Positions 1 to 9,990 of a stretch of 64,000 bases of DNA are shown piece after piece (within the stretch, counting starts at the first letter, position 1; each line of letters begins with the position of its first letter). A program made the position numbers and the translations under genes. Source of the stretch: an uncultured Granulosicoccaceae bacterium (GTDB lineage: Bacteria; Pseudomonadota; Gammaproteobacteria; Granulosicoccales; Granulosicoccaceae); contig CALHOU010000053.1 of assembly GCA_938035945.1 (NCBI GenBank), positions 41,400 through 105,399 on the forward strand, given 5' to 3'. The notes beneath the pieces are model-generated. The model saw only the letters and a program-made list of their open reading frames with translations. It searched no databases and was not told where the DNA came from.

Positions 1-13
1 TAAGAATCCAGCC

Positions 14-1030
14 ATGCTACCAGTGCTCGATATATCCGATTTTTTAACCAACCCTGGCGCTGACAGCGCATCCCAATTCGTCGATGCATTGCGAGAAACC
101 TGCCACGGCCCGGGTTTCTTTTATCTGGTCGGTCATGGCATAGACCAGCGCTACAACGATGCCGCGCTCGATATCGCAAATCAATTTTTTGAATTACCCG
201 AAGCAGAACGCGTTGCCCTGAAAATCGGCAATTCGGCAGGTTTCCGTGGCTACACTTTGCTTAAAAACGAATTAACCAATGGTCGAATCGATTGGCGCGA
301 TCAAATCGATATCGGTCCAGAGGAACCCGAACCAAACCTAAACAAAGACGACCCTGCCTGGATGCGACTGCGCGGCCCGAATCAATGGCCAAAAAATCTA
401 CCCAACATGTCGACAACAATCGAGCAATGGATGAATCAAATGCAGCCCGTTGGGCTTGCACTGATGCGTGCAATTGCGCAAGGCCTCGGGCAAAACAAGC
501 ATTGCTTCGATGATCGTATGACACCAAACCCTTATACACGGCTTAAAATTATTCGCTACCCTGCTCAACCCGAACACGGTGGTAGCGGGCAAGGCTTAGG
601 TCTACACAACGATACCGGTCTCATCACGCTCATATTGCAGGACTCCGTACCGGGCCTTCAGGTTATGAGCGAAGGTAAACTTGTCGATGTAGAACCCATG
701 CCAGGTGCGTTTGTGGTGAACTTAGGTGAAATGATGCAATCAGCCACCAACGGCTATTTGCGAGCAACGAAACACCAAGTTGTCAGTCCACCACCTGGAC
801 AGCAACGCATTTCAATCGCCTACTTTGTAAACCCAAGGCTTGAAGCCTGCTTCGAACCAATGGCATTACCACCCGAATTAGCCGCGGACGCGACGGGTGC
901 GCAAAATGCCGATCCTAATAATCCTGTGTTCGCATGCTTTGGCGCCAATCAATTGAAAACACGCATGCGCTCACATCCAGATGTTACTGCCGCATTTTAT
1001 GCCGATGTTGCACAAGAAGATTTGCAATAG
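14..1030 (+). CDS. Isopenicillin N synthase-like 2OG/Fe(II) oxygenase
   Basis: N-terminal LPVLDIS...GFFYLVGHG, facial triad HND...H (LHNDTG, TKHQV), RxS 2OG-binding motif (RIS), VNLGEMMQ. Confidence 0.9.
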   Translation: MLPVLDISDFLTNPGADSASQFVDALRETCHGPGFFYLVGHGIDQRYNDAALDIANQFFELPEAERVALKIGNSAGFRGYTLLKNELTNGRIDWRDQIDIGPEEPEPNLNKDDPAWMRLRGPNQWPKNLPNMSTTIEQWMNQMQPVGLALMRAIAQGLGQNKHCFDDRMTPNPYTRLKIIRYPAQPEHGGSGQGLGLHNDTGLITLILQDSVPGLQVMSEGKLVDVEPMPGAFVVNLGEMMQSATNGYLRATKHQVVSPPPGQQRISIAYFVNPRLEACFEPMALPPELAADATGAQNADPNNPVFACFGANQLKTRMRSHPDVTAAFYADVAQEDLQ

Positions 1031-1059
1031 CGAGCGGCTTGTTACCTGTATTTTAATGA

Positions 1060-1818
1060 GTGCCTTTGATGCTACTAAAAAATAAAACGATCTTGATCAC
1101 TGGCGCTGGCCGTGGCATCGGTTTGGCAACGGTTCAATGCGCCTTGCTTGAAGGTGCACAGGTGGTCGCCCATATTGGGCGCACAGCGAATATACCCAGT
1201 CAATTGGCAAATGCATCTAATGACCAACTACAGGTACTCAGTGGGGATTTATCTGACACCAACACTATAGAAAAATTGTGGTCAGACGCGCTCGCTCACC
1301 AACCACGCATAGATGCTCTTATTAACAACGCCGGTATTTATGCAGCCTCCCCATTAAGCTCACCACAAGAATGGGACGCCGGCTGGGAGCAGAATCTAAA
1401 CGTGAACTTATTAGCACCGGCAACCCTATGTCGACTGGCGATTGCGCACTTTCAACAAACACAAGAAGGCATCATTGTTAATCTTGCAAGCCGCTCATCG
1501 CACCGAGGTGACGATGCAGAACACCTGGCCTATGGCGCTGCCAAAGGTGGTTTGCTCGCGTTGACCAAAGGCATAGCGCGCAGTTATGCCACAACAAAAA
1601 CCATCGCTTACGCTGTGGCGCCAGCGTGGGTGCGCACAGAAATGGCAGAAGCCCACATAGCCTCTGTTGGTGAAGACACTATAAACGCAGAGCTGCCGAT
1701 GCGGGAGATCACGCCAGCTGATGATGTTGCACAGACCATCGTGTTTTTAGCATCGGGACGTGCGCGGCACGCCAACGGATGCACCATCGATATTACCGGT
1801 GCAGACTATGTCCGATAG
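1060..1818 (+). CDS. Short-chain dehydrogenase/reductase (classical SDR)
   Basis: TGAGRGIG Rossmann motif, NNAG, catalytic YGAAK; start could be the ATG at 1069. Confidence 0.9.
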   Translation: MPLMLLKNKTILITGAGRGIGLATVQCALLEGAQVVAHIGRTANIPSQLANASNDQLQVLSGDLSDTNTIEKLWSDALAHQPRIDALINNAGIYAASPLSSPQEWDAGWEQNLNVNLLAPATLCRLAIAHFQQTQEGIIVNLASRSSHRGDDAEHLAYGAAKGGLLALTKGIARSYATTKTIAYAVAPAWVRTEMAEAHIASVGEDTINAELPMREITPADDVAQTIVFLASGRARHANGCTIDITGADYVR

Positions 1819-1827
1819 AGACTGATC

Positions 1828-2874
1828 ATGAGCAATACCGCGAAACTGAAATGGTCCGGGCTACAAGTTTGGGATAGGCACAGCTTTGAATCAGAACATG
1901 AATGGGCCTTGCAGTTATCTGATCAAGAAATCTCAGAGCTGCATTACGCCATTCAGAGTAGCGTCGCATCATTAAAACCCATTGGCGAGCTAAAACAAAA
2001 CGATTTTTCATTACCAACGCTCGCACAACGCTTAACTCGCATTAAAGAACAGTTACTCCGTGGCCGAGGCTTCGTCCTAGTAAAAGGCTTACCCGCTACT
2101 TGGAGCGACGAAGAGCTTGTAAGAGCCTACTGGGGTTTGGGTCTATTGCTTGGTCAACCGGTATCGCAAAATGCAAAAGCCCATTTACTCGGTCACGTTA
2201 TTGATCAACGCGCAACAGATTCTGCCGGCACTCGCATTTACCAAACCAATCGTGCACAGCCTTTTCATTCGGACTCTTGCGACATCGTGGGATTACTGTG
2301 CTTACGTGCTGCGAAGGACGGTGGTGCAAGCTCGGTGGCTAGCTCTGCTGCCATTCACAACCACCTGCTGGACACAAACCCTAAAGCCCTGGATACGCTA
2401 TACGGTGAATTCAAGTGCGATCGCTACGGTGAAATTCCACAAGGTAAAATGCCCTACTACACTGTGCGCGTGTTTAATAACATTGATGATCAACTCGTTT
2501 GCTGTGGTATGGACCCGGACATACGCTCAGCACAAAAGCTTAAAGGCGTGGGTGCATTAACCGATGGCCAATTGAGCGCATTGGATGCCTTTCAAGAGAG
2601 CGCAAAAAAGCTATGTTTAAACATGCAGCTGCATCGCGGTGATATGCAATTTGTTAATAACCTCGTTGCTGTTCATGCACGCGAGTCTTTTTCCGACCAC
2701 GCAGAGTTAGAGAAAAGACGGTATCTCATTCGCCTATGGCTATCATCCAATGAAGGTCGGCGTCTGCCAGCATTTTTAAGCGAACGTTGGGGCAACATAG
2801 ACGTTGGATCGGTGCGCGGCGGTATCAAAGTGCCCGGCGCGGTGCCCATCGCTCACCTCAATCCAAATGACTAG
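1828..2874 (+). CDS. TauD/TfdA (clavaminate synthase-like) family 2OG/Fe(II) dioxygenase
   Basis: GRGFVLVKG, FHSDSCD (HxD), GDMQFVNN...HAR, RYLIRLWL. Confidence 0.88.
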   Translation: MSNTAKLKWSGLQVWDRHSFESEHEWALQLSDQEISELHYAIQSSVASLKPIGELKQNDFSLPTLAQRLTRIKEQLLRGRGFVLVKGLPATWSDEELVRAYWGLGLLLGQPVSQNAKAHLLGHVIDQRATDSAGTRIYQTNRAQPFHSDSCDIVGLLCLRAAKDGGASSVASSAAIHNHLLDTNPKALDTLYGEFKCDRYGEIPQGKMPYYTVRVFNNIDDQLVCCGMDPDIRSAQKLKGVGALTDGQLSALDAFQESAKKLCLNMQLHRGDMQFVNNLVAVHARESFSDHAELEKRRYLIRLWLSSNEGRRLPAFLSERWGNIDVGSVRGGIKVPGAVPIAHLNPND

Positions 2875-2899
2875 TTAGTTCAGCAAAGGAAATCCGCCC

Positions 2900-4438
2900 A
2901 TGACGAAACCCAACATTGTGCTTTTTATGGTGGATCAACTCACGTCCTTTGTGCTCAGTGCATATGGGGGCGAGGTCTGTAAAACACCCAACCTTGATGC
3001 GCTCGCAGCAAGAGGTGTTGTATTTGAAAACGCCTACTGCCCTTACCCACTTTGCGCACCGTCTCGATTCGGCATGATGGCGGGCCGTTTGCCCTCACGC
3101 ATAGGCGCTTACGATAATGGTGCAGAGCTACCCGCCGCCACACCAACGTTTGCCCATTATTTAAGAAAACAAGGTTACTACACCTGCATATCAGGGAAAA
3201 TGCATTTTGTTGGTCCTGACCAATATCATGGGTTTGAAGAGCGACTAACCACAGAAATCTACCCAGCCGATATGTCGTGGACGCCCACGCCCGATTTTCG
3301 TGATTTTAATAAAGATGAGGAACGTGCTTATAGCTTTGGCGTATCCACGATAGACACAGTGCGCGATGCCGGTCCGATTGCGCGTTCCATGCAAATAGAT
3401 TACGACGAAGACGTTATTCATCATGCACGGCGAGAAATTTATACACGTGCAAGAAGCGACGATAAACGCCCGTTCATGATGACGGTGTCTCTGACGCAAC
3501 CGCACGATCCTTATGTCACCACGCAAGCGTATTGGGATAGTTACTCAGAACACGAACTCGAAAAACCTCTTGTGCCACATATACCGGTGGAACAGCGAGA
3601 CGCACATAGCCAGTCCTTGTACTATCACTATGGGCAGGACAAGTGCGAACTAAGTGAACAAGACTACTTAAACGCCCGGCGCGGCTACTACGGCATGGTC
3701 ACACACATCGATCATTTGTTTGGTCAAGTGATTCAAGCACTTGATGATAGTGGCTTTACCGACAACACGGTTGTTCTTTTCTCATCAGACCATGGCGATA
3801 TGATTGGCGAGCGTGGTATGTGGTTTAAGAAAACCTTGTTCAACCCAGCCATTCAAGTGCCAATGATCATCGCTCATCCGAGCTACAAAGCCAGTCGCAC
3901 AAGTGACCCTGTATCCTTAATAGATATATTTCCCACCTTGCTCGATATTGCTAACATTGCCCCCGAAAACATTGTCACTCGTATTGATGGTAAAAGCCTG
4001 GTGCCCGCGCTAAAAGGAGAACCACTGACTGGGCTGGTGCTCGCCGAACACATCGATGGCGGTACCGCTGCGCCTCGCGTGTGTGTTAGAGAACATCATT
4101 TAAAGCTTGTGTATTCTCGTGCCTACCCAACTCAATTGTTTGACTTAGAGGCCGACCCACTTGAACTTGATAATCTCTCTGGCAAAGGCCACCCAAAAGA
4201 ACAGGAACTTATTGAGCACGCTGAAAATAATTGGCCACTGGATACGCTACTGGACGATGTTATTCGGTCTCAAACCGAACGCAAGCTGGTTGACTCAGCA
4301 TTAGCGGTTGGCCGCGAAGAATTTTGGGATTTTGTCCCGCGCCCATTATCACAAAATACTAATTACGTGCGACGTGGTGATGCCTTCCCGCAAGTAGAAC
4401 GACGTGGGTATCTTGCGCTTTCGCCTAAGCCCAAGTAA
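2900..4438 (+). CDS. Choline-sulfatase (BetC)-like Cys-type sulfatase, cytoplasmic
   Basis: KPNIVLFMVDQ, CAPSR (CxPxR), GKMHFVGPDQ.HGFEERLTT.IYPAD, SDHGDM.GERG.WFK, BetC-type C-terminal tail; no signal peptide. Confidence 0.85.
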   Translation: MTKPNIVLFMVDQLTSFVLSAYGGEVCKTPNLDALAARGVVFENAYCPYPLCAPSRFGMMAGRLPSRIGAYDNGAELPAATPTFAHYLRKQGYYTCISGKMHFVGPDQYHGFEERLTTEIYPADMSWTPTPDFRDFNKDEERAYSFGVSTIDTVRDAGPIARSMQIDYDEDVIHHARREIYTRARSDDKRPFMMTVSLTQPHDPYVTTQAYWDSYSEHELEKPLVPHIPVEQRDAHSQSLYYHYGQDKCELSEQDYLNARRGYYGMVTHIDHLFGQVIQALDDSGFTDNTVVLFSSDHGDMIGERGMWFKKTLFNPAIQVPMIIAHPSYKASRTSDPVSLIDIFPTLLDIANIAPENIVTRIDGKSLVPALKGEPLTGLVLAEHIDGGTAAPRVCVREHHLKLVYSRAYPTQLFDLEADPLELDNLSGKGHPKEQELIEHAENNWPLDTLLDDVIRSQTERKLVDSALAVGREEFWDFVPRPLSQNTNYVRRGDAFPQVERRGYLALSPKPK

Positions 4439-4451
4439 ACAACTAAAAGCG

Positions 4452-5630
4452 TTATGCGCTTATACTGATTTCATGTTTGACTTGGTCCAATGGTAGTTGG
4501 ACACCAAGACCCGGATTATCGCTTAAGCGATATTGCCCTGGCACTGAGGCCACGTTTTCCAGCGGCAGCTGCTCGAAAAACACTTGATGCACAAAATGAT
4601 ACTCAGCATGTGCAACCAAATCGGATGCCGCAGCAATGTGACAGGCTATTACCAAGGCAATAGCCGTTGAGGACACTTCCAGAGAAAGTGCTATCGACTC
4701 GTTGTGCGACCGCTGGATCTGCTTATGCAATTCCACTAACCGAGTGATGCCACCACACGCGATGGGTGCTGTCTGCAAATATCGCACACACTTATTTCCT
4801 ATCAACAGGCTATGAAGCTCTTCGCGGTATTCAGCTTCGGTGCCCATGACCGGCACGCTAGATTCACAAAGCATTCGCATACCTTCCAGATCGGATGCGT
4901 TAACGGGTGACTGAAATGCCGCGATGCGTTCAGATGGCAACGCGCGGAATAACTCGAGTGCCTGCGATGGCGTATAACTATAAACGCCATCGATAATAAG
5001 ACTATGCGAATCACCGATGGCACTTAACACAGAGTGAACCCGCTCAAGATCCTCCGGCATACTCAGACCACCAACTTTCATTTTTACGGTGTCAAAACCG
5101 ATCTGCGCCATGTTCGACATTTCTAGGCATAGATCGGCTACGGATTTATTTTTACCATACAATCCACCACTGCCGTAAAGCTGCATATTGCCAGCTTTCA
5201 CTTGACTGCCCTTGAATACTGAATCGGATGACGATTTACTAATAAAACCCTGAATATACGCCCATAGTGGTAAACCGGCGCTTTGACTTCGAATATCCCA
5301 CGCTGAAATATCCACGCCTGATAGCGCGGACGCTAAAATACCGTGACGAGCCGTTAAAGTTGCACGAATAAAGAGATGTTTAAAAATCGTCTCTAACGAG
5401 TCGAGCGATGCACCGACGACAAGTGGCGCAATTTCAGTGCGTAGAAAACTAACTAGTACTTCCGGCGAAGTATCAAAACACCAGCATTCACCCAAGCCAG
5501 TAAACCCGGTTTCAGTTTCGAGTTGAACAAAGACGGCGTACTTCTTTGTCCATTTAATCGCCGGGTTCCAAACTTTTCCGCCTAAATCATTGCAGTGACT
5601 ATAAACAGAAAAATTCGTGACCTTATGCAT
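4452..5630 (-). CDS. Mandelate racemase/muconate lactonizing enzyme (enolase superfamily) protein, atypical active site
   Basis: TGLGE, ALSGVDISAWDI capping domain, LYGSGG, KMKVG (KxK), C-terminal PGLGV. Confidence 0.85.
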   Translation of the reverse strand: MHKVTNFSVYSHCNDLGGKVWNPAIKWTKKYAVFVQLETETGFTGLGECWCFDTSPEVLVSFLRTEIAPLVVGASLDSLETIFKHLFIRATLTARHGILASALSGVDISAWDIRSQSAGLPLWAYIQGFISKSSSDSVFKGSQVKAGNMQLYGSGGLYGKNKSVADLCLEMSNMAQIGFDTVKMKVGGLSMPEDLERVHSVLSAIGDSHSLIIDGVYSYTPSQALELFRALPSERIAAFQSPVNASDLEGMRMLCESSVPVMGTEAEYREELHSLLIGNKCVRYLQTAPIACGGITRLVELHKQIQRSHNESIALSLEVSSTAIALVIACHIAAASDLVAHAEYHFVHQVFFEQLPLENVASVPGQYRLSDNPGLGVQLPLDQVKHEISISA

Positions 5631-5673
5631 CGTACCGTCGCAACAATATTATTGATGACTTAACGCTAAACGC

Positions 5674-6432
5674 TCAGTGTTGTAGTATTTGGCTAAGAAA
5701 TAGTTTGGTGCGTTCGTTTTCCGGGCTATTGAAAAACGTTTCAGGATCGTTTTGCTCAACTATTTCACCAGCGTCCATAAAAATCACCCTATCGGCCACG
5801 CGCCGGGCAAATCCCATTTCATGCGTTACGCAAATCATGGTCATACCCTCTTCGGCCAGCGCCACCATAACATCAAGTACCTCTGAAATCATTTCCGGGT
5901 CAAGCGCTGATGTAGGTTCATCGAACAGCATAATTTTAGGGCTCATACAAAGCGATCGAGCAATCGCCACACGTTGTTGCTGACCACCAGAGAGCTCACC
6001 TGGATATTTGGTTGCTTGTTCTGGAATACGCACTTTTTCGAGAAACCCCATCGCGATTGATTCGGCCTCTTTGCGCGATGCTCCTCGAACCAGGGTTAAG
6101 GCCAAAGTGCAGTTCTCTAGCACGGTCATGTGCGGAAACAAATTAAACTGCTGAAATACCATGCCAACTTCACGACGTATCTCATCGATATTGGCAACAT
6201 CATCATTGAGTTCCGTGCCTAGCACGTTGATCAGGCCACGCTGATGATGTTCAAGCTTACAAACACAACGAATCAGGGTAGATTTACCGGACCCCGAAGG
6301 GCCACACACAACCACCTTCTCGCCATCGGCCACTTCCAGATCAATATCTCTTAACACGTGAAAGTCACCAAACCACTTATTCACGCCTGACATGGTAACG
6401 GCAGGTACACTCGATGCAGCAAAATTACCCAT
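5674..6432 (-). CDS. Polar amino-acid ABC transporter ATP-binding protein (AapP/BztD type)
   Basis: Walker [17 protein letters not shown], Walker [12 protein letters not shown]-loop VTHE; the ATG at 6432 overlaps the upstream stop. Confidence 0.93.
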   Translation of the reverse strand: MGNFAASSVPAVTMSGVNKWFGDFHVLRDIDLEVADGEKVVVCGPSGSGKSTLIRCVCKLEHHQRGLINVLGTELNDDVANIDEIRREVGMVFQQFNLFPHMTVLENCTLALTLVRGASRKEAESIAMGFLEKVRIPEQATKYPGELSGGQQQRVAIARSLCMSPKIMLFDEPTSALDPEMISEVLDVMVALAEEGMTMICVTHEMGFARRVADRVIFMDAGEIVEQNDPETFFNSPENERTKLFLSQILQH

Positions 6433-7504
6433 GCCCAACCCTCAGCTTCTTCTCCAAATACGCGCCATATCGGGAGAGGGAAAAAACGAATAGAAAATAG
6501 ATAACACCGATGAACACATACACTTCGATGTAGTGGACTGTCCATTTGCCCGTACCATAAGCGGCAGCACCTGATGCCAAAATCTCAAAAAATCCAACAA
6601 TGGTGACAATCGATGTCTCTTTAAACGTGATAACAAATTGATTAACGATCGCCGGCAAGGAATTACGAAAAGCCTGCGGCAATTGAATTCGTGTTATGCG
6701 TTGCCAGTAGTTAAGACCAAGCGTTAATCCTGCTTCATCTTGACCGCTCGGTATTGCCTGTAAGCCGGCACGAATATTTTCTGCCTGATAGCACGCAAAG
6801 AAAATTGCAAAGCCTGCGATCACGCGATACAGCTTATCGCCCTGCAACCAGCCGGGCAAGATAAACGGGGTGATGATCGCAGCGGTGAACAAGATAGTCA
6901 GTAGGGGCAGTGATCGAAAAAAATCTATAAACAAGCCGAACAATTTTGCGATGACGGGTAATTCTGAGCGACGACCCAGAGCCAATAAAATGGATAAAGG
7001 CATACCAAAGATCGATACAGCGGCAAATATGAATATGGTGAGGGCTAATCCGCCCCATCGCTCAGGTGTTATAACGCTCAAGCCAAAAACACCACCGTGC
7101 ATCAGAATATAAAACACGCCAAATCCCAGCACCCATAACGCGCTGAGCTTTATCGCACTCCAGAACCATGGAACGCAAGAGAGAACAATAGTGGCAATCA
7201 TCACGATGCAGGCAAGCGTTGAACGCCAATGTTCTTCGAATGGAAATAGTCCAAAGAAAATTATACGGTGTCGCGCATCGATAACTGACCAACAAGCCCC
7301 ACTGGCATCACGGCACAGAGGCTCATCTTCAGCAGTCCAAATGCTGGATAGAAATGCCCAGTCAACAATTTTGTAGATGATGGTTGCAAAAAATATTGCG
7401 CACAAAAGGGTGACAACACAATCTACAGGTGTTGAAAACAGACTCTCTCGTAATCGCGTAAAAAAACCTTTAGGCGGTGGGGCTTGAATGCTGGTCGCGC
7501 TCAT
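6425..7504 (-). CDS. Amino-acid ABC transporter permease (AapM/BztC type)
   Basis: GACW.VI.AR...[33 protein letters not shown] (EAA loop). Confidence 0.92.
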   Translation of the reverse strand: MSATSIQAPPPKGFFTRLRESLFSTPVDCVVTLLCAIFFATIIYKIVDWAFLSSIWTAEDEPLCRDASGACWSVIDARHRIIFFGLFPFEEHWRSTLACIVMIATIVLSCVPWFWSAIKLSALWVLGFGVFYILMHGGVFGLSVITPERWGGLALTIFIFAAVSIFGMPLSILLALGRRSELPVIAKLFGLFIDFFRSLPLLTILFTAAIITPFILPGWLQGDKLYRVIAGFAIFFACYQAENIRAGLQAIPSGQDEAGLTLGLNYWQRITRIQLPQAFRNSLPAIVNQFVITFKETSIVTIVGFFEILASGAAAYGTGKWTVHYIEVYVFIGVIYFLFVFSLSRYGAYLEKKLRVGHG

Positions 7505-7508
7505 GAGA

Positions 7509-8666
7509 TTAACTTTTCACCTCATAGCCTTTGATCGCAATCTTGTTATTGATGGAATTCATCACAAACGCGACACTTAAATTTATCAACAAAAATCCAC
7601 CCATCAATATGGCCAACAATTCAAGCGTTTGTCCACTTTGGTTGATCGAAGTTGAAATGATCATAAAAAAATCGGAAAAACCAACCACTAAACCAATAGT
7701 CGTGGCTTTCATCAGTTGCACGTATTGGTTGGTTAAAGATGGCAACACTGCACGAATGGCCAACGGTAGCCTGATACGCGTAAAAATATGACGGCTCTTT
7801 AAGCCATTAACAAACCCAGCCTCAATCTGACCTTTAGGCACGGACATCAATCCTGCCCGAACCACTTCACCGATATACGCACCGCCATATAACGCAATTG
7901 CAATCACCAACGCAGACAGTTCAGGTGGCATACGCATACCCCCTCTAAAATTGAGCCCCTTTAGTGCTGGCATATCCACCAAAGGCGTTTCAGGGATCCG
8001 AGCAAAATACCCAATCGCAATAAAAATGATTGGCAGCAATACCCAACCTACTTTCTTGATTGCATAAAACGAAGCTGAGTAATTCATTTTATTGCGCAGC
8101 CATGGTAAGAAAAATAGCCATGCGATAAAAAGTATCAGCATGATGGCAACCGACCAGATGGCAATATTGAGCACTGGAAAATAAACACCACGGCCGCTGA
8201 GAAAAACCGTATCTGCCAATGATATGGCTGCGCGTGGTTTGGGCAGATGCGCTACAACCGAATACCAGAACAAGGCTTGCAAAATAAGCGGCACATTTCG
8301 GAAGGTCTCAACATAGACCGTACCAAGCATCGCAAATAATGTGTTCTTCGATGTGCGTACCAAGCCGACAAGAATACCGACAAGGGTTGCTAAAAATATG
8401 CCTAAGAATCCCAACAACAGCGTATTGAGAATGCCAATCAGCATCGTCTTCTTATAGGTATCGCTAATGGAATACGGCAAAACCGAGAACGAAAAATCCC
8501 AACCGGTGGAACGTTCGAGAAAACCAAATCCGGTAGTTAAACTCTGAGCTTCTAGCGAGGCGCGCGTGCTCATGACCATGGCAACCAACAAAGCCGCCAC
8601 CGCTGACAGAACGAAAGCCTGAAAAACGATTTCTCTGAATTTACGGTTTCTGAGGAAACTACCCAT
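7509..8666 (-). CDS. Amino-acid ABC transporter permease (AapQ/BztB type)
   Basis: GFGFL, GILNTL, YVETFRNVPLILQ, PE.SAL, EVVRAGL.SVPKGQ.EA. Confidence 0.92.
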   Translation of the reverse strand: MGSFLRNRKFREIVFQAFVLSAVAALLVAMVMSTRASLEAQSLTTGFGFLERSTGWDFSFSVLPYSISDTYKKTMLIGILNTLLLGFLGIFLATLVGILVGLVRTSKNTLFAMLGTVYVETFRNVPLILQALFWYSVVAHLPKPRAAISLADTVFLSGRGVYFPVLNIAIWSVAIMLILFIAWLFFLPWLRNKMNYSASFYAIKKVGWVLLPIIFIAIGYFARIPETPLVDMPALKGLNFRGGMRMPPELSALVIAIALYGGAYIGEVVRAGLMSVPKGQIEAGFVNGLKSRHIFTRIRLPLAIRAVLPSLTNQYVQLMKATTIGLVVGFSDFFMIISTSINQSGQTLELLAILMGGFLLINLSVAFVMNSINNKIAIKGYEVKS

Positions 8667-8690
8667 AAATAGTGTTTAGGTAAATAGACG

Positions 8691-8722
8691 CTGTCCGGTT
8701 GCTTTTACAAACAACCGGACAG
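8691..8722 (-). terminator. Perfect 11-bp stem-loop between the binding-protein and permease genes (partial terminator or mRNA stabiliser)
   Basis: CTGTCCGGTTG-N10-CAACCGGACAG. Confidence 0.65.
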
Positions 8723-8785
8723 GTAATGATGGTTATTGCAGTATACGCAAAACCAATAGCTTTTAAATAACCTTGGTTCGAAGGC

Positions 8786-9871
8786 TTAGTCGAGTATCAT
8801 CGGCACAATAACACCACCATCGCTCCACAAGGCGTTTAGACCACGTTCAAGCTTGTACACTGAACCATCACCAATATTGCGATCAAAAATTTCAGCAGAG
8901 TTGCCGACTTGCTTGATGACGTTATAGGCCCAATCATCCGACAAACCTAATCGCTCACCAATTCCGGGTGATACACCAAGCAGTTTTTCAACGGTGCTAT
9001 CAGCTGGATTGGCTTTCATCTCATCAACGTTGGCTGAAGTAATACCATTAGCTTCCGCAATCCAAGTTGCAGCAAACATCCAGTTAGCAATATCGACCCA
9101 GTTATCATCGCCTTGACGCATCGCAGCAGATTCAGGCTCTAGCGCAAGGGCTGTGTCCATCATCACGTGATCATCAGGATTTTCTGCACTTTGCCGAGTT
9201 ACTGCCAAGTTTGGCCCCCAACCTACCAGACTGTCGCATCGACCAGCAAAGTAAGCTTCACGAGTTTCTTCACTCTTCTCAAAAGTGATCATCTCGATTT
9301 CGATGCCTGCACTCTTGAAAAAGTTAGCCGCCAGTCGCTCGGTAGATGTACCTGCGTTGGCGCACAGTGAACCACCTTCCAGTGTTTCAGCTGCTGTACT
9401 ACCGAGTTCTTTTGGCATCATAATTTGTGTTGCACCCACGAAGTATGGGCGTGAGAACTGAATGCCCAACTCGGTGTCGCGACCCATGGTCCAGCCGGTT
9501 GCTTTGATGATGATATCCACATCACCGGATTGCAGCGATGGGAAACGTTGGGCCCAACTGATCGGCACAACTTTGAGTTTTTCGTCGGTGCCAAAAATGG
9601 CAACAGCCATTGCACGGCAATAATCGATGTCGTAACCACTCCACTTGTTATCGTCGGTTACTTGAACGAACGGTGGGAAACTACCATTGTGCCCAGAACA
9701 TAGCAAACTGCCACGATCTTGTACGGCTTTCAGTGTGTCGCCGTTGCCAGCAAACGCGGCAGTTGAGGCAAAAGACAAACCAAGCAAGCAGCTAGTCAGT
9801 GCCGTTGGAATCAAGCGTATTGAATTGCGAATCATAATTCCTCTCTCTAGTGACTTTTTTGTTGTTCCCAT
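8786..9871 (-). CDS. Amino-acid ABC transporter periplasmic binding protein (AapJ/BztA-like, divergent)
   Basis: Signal peptide, GDTL.AV..RG.L.C, D.DYCRA.A.A, RF.SLQSG.VD, C-terminal VGN..EIFDRN.G...RGLNALW..GG; start may be the ATG at 9835. Confidence 0.9.
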   Translation of the reverse strand: MGTTKKSLERGIMIRNSIRLIPTALTSCLLGLSFASTAAFAGNGDTLKAVQDRGSLLCSGHNGSFPPFVQVTDDNKWSGYDIDYCRAMAVAIFGTDEKLKVVPISWAQRFPSLQSGDVDIIIKATGWTMGRDTELGIQFSRPYFVGATQIMMPKELGSTAAETLEGGSLCANAGTSTERLAANFFKSAGIEIEMITFEKSEETREAYFAGRCDSLVGWGPNLAVTRQSAENPDDHVMMDTALALEPESAAMRQGDDNWVDIANWMFAATWIAEANGITSANVDEMKANPADSTVEKLLGVSPGIGERLGLSDDWAYNVIKQVGNSAEIFDRNIGDGSVYKLERGLNALWSDGGVIVPMILD

Positions 9872-9990
9872 ATCTTAAGTCATGATGGAACGATAAAAAA
9901 CAGATTTATTGACTTCAAGTATCAGGAATGTTGGTAAATCCTTGTATTTAATCAACTATTTACCCAGTTGAACGTAAAACTTACGCCCGT

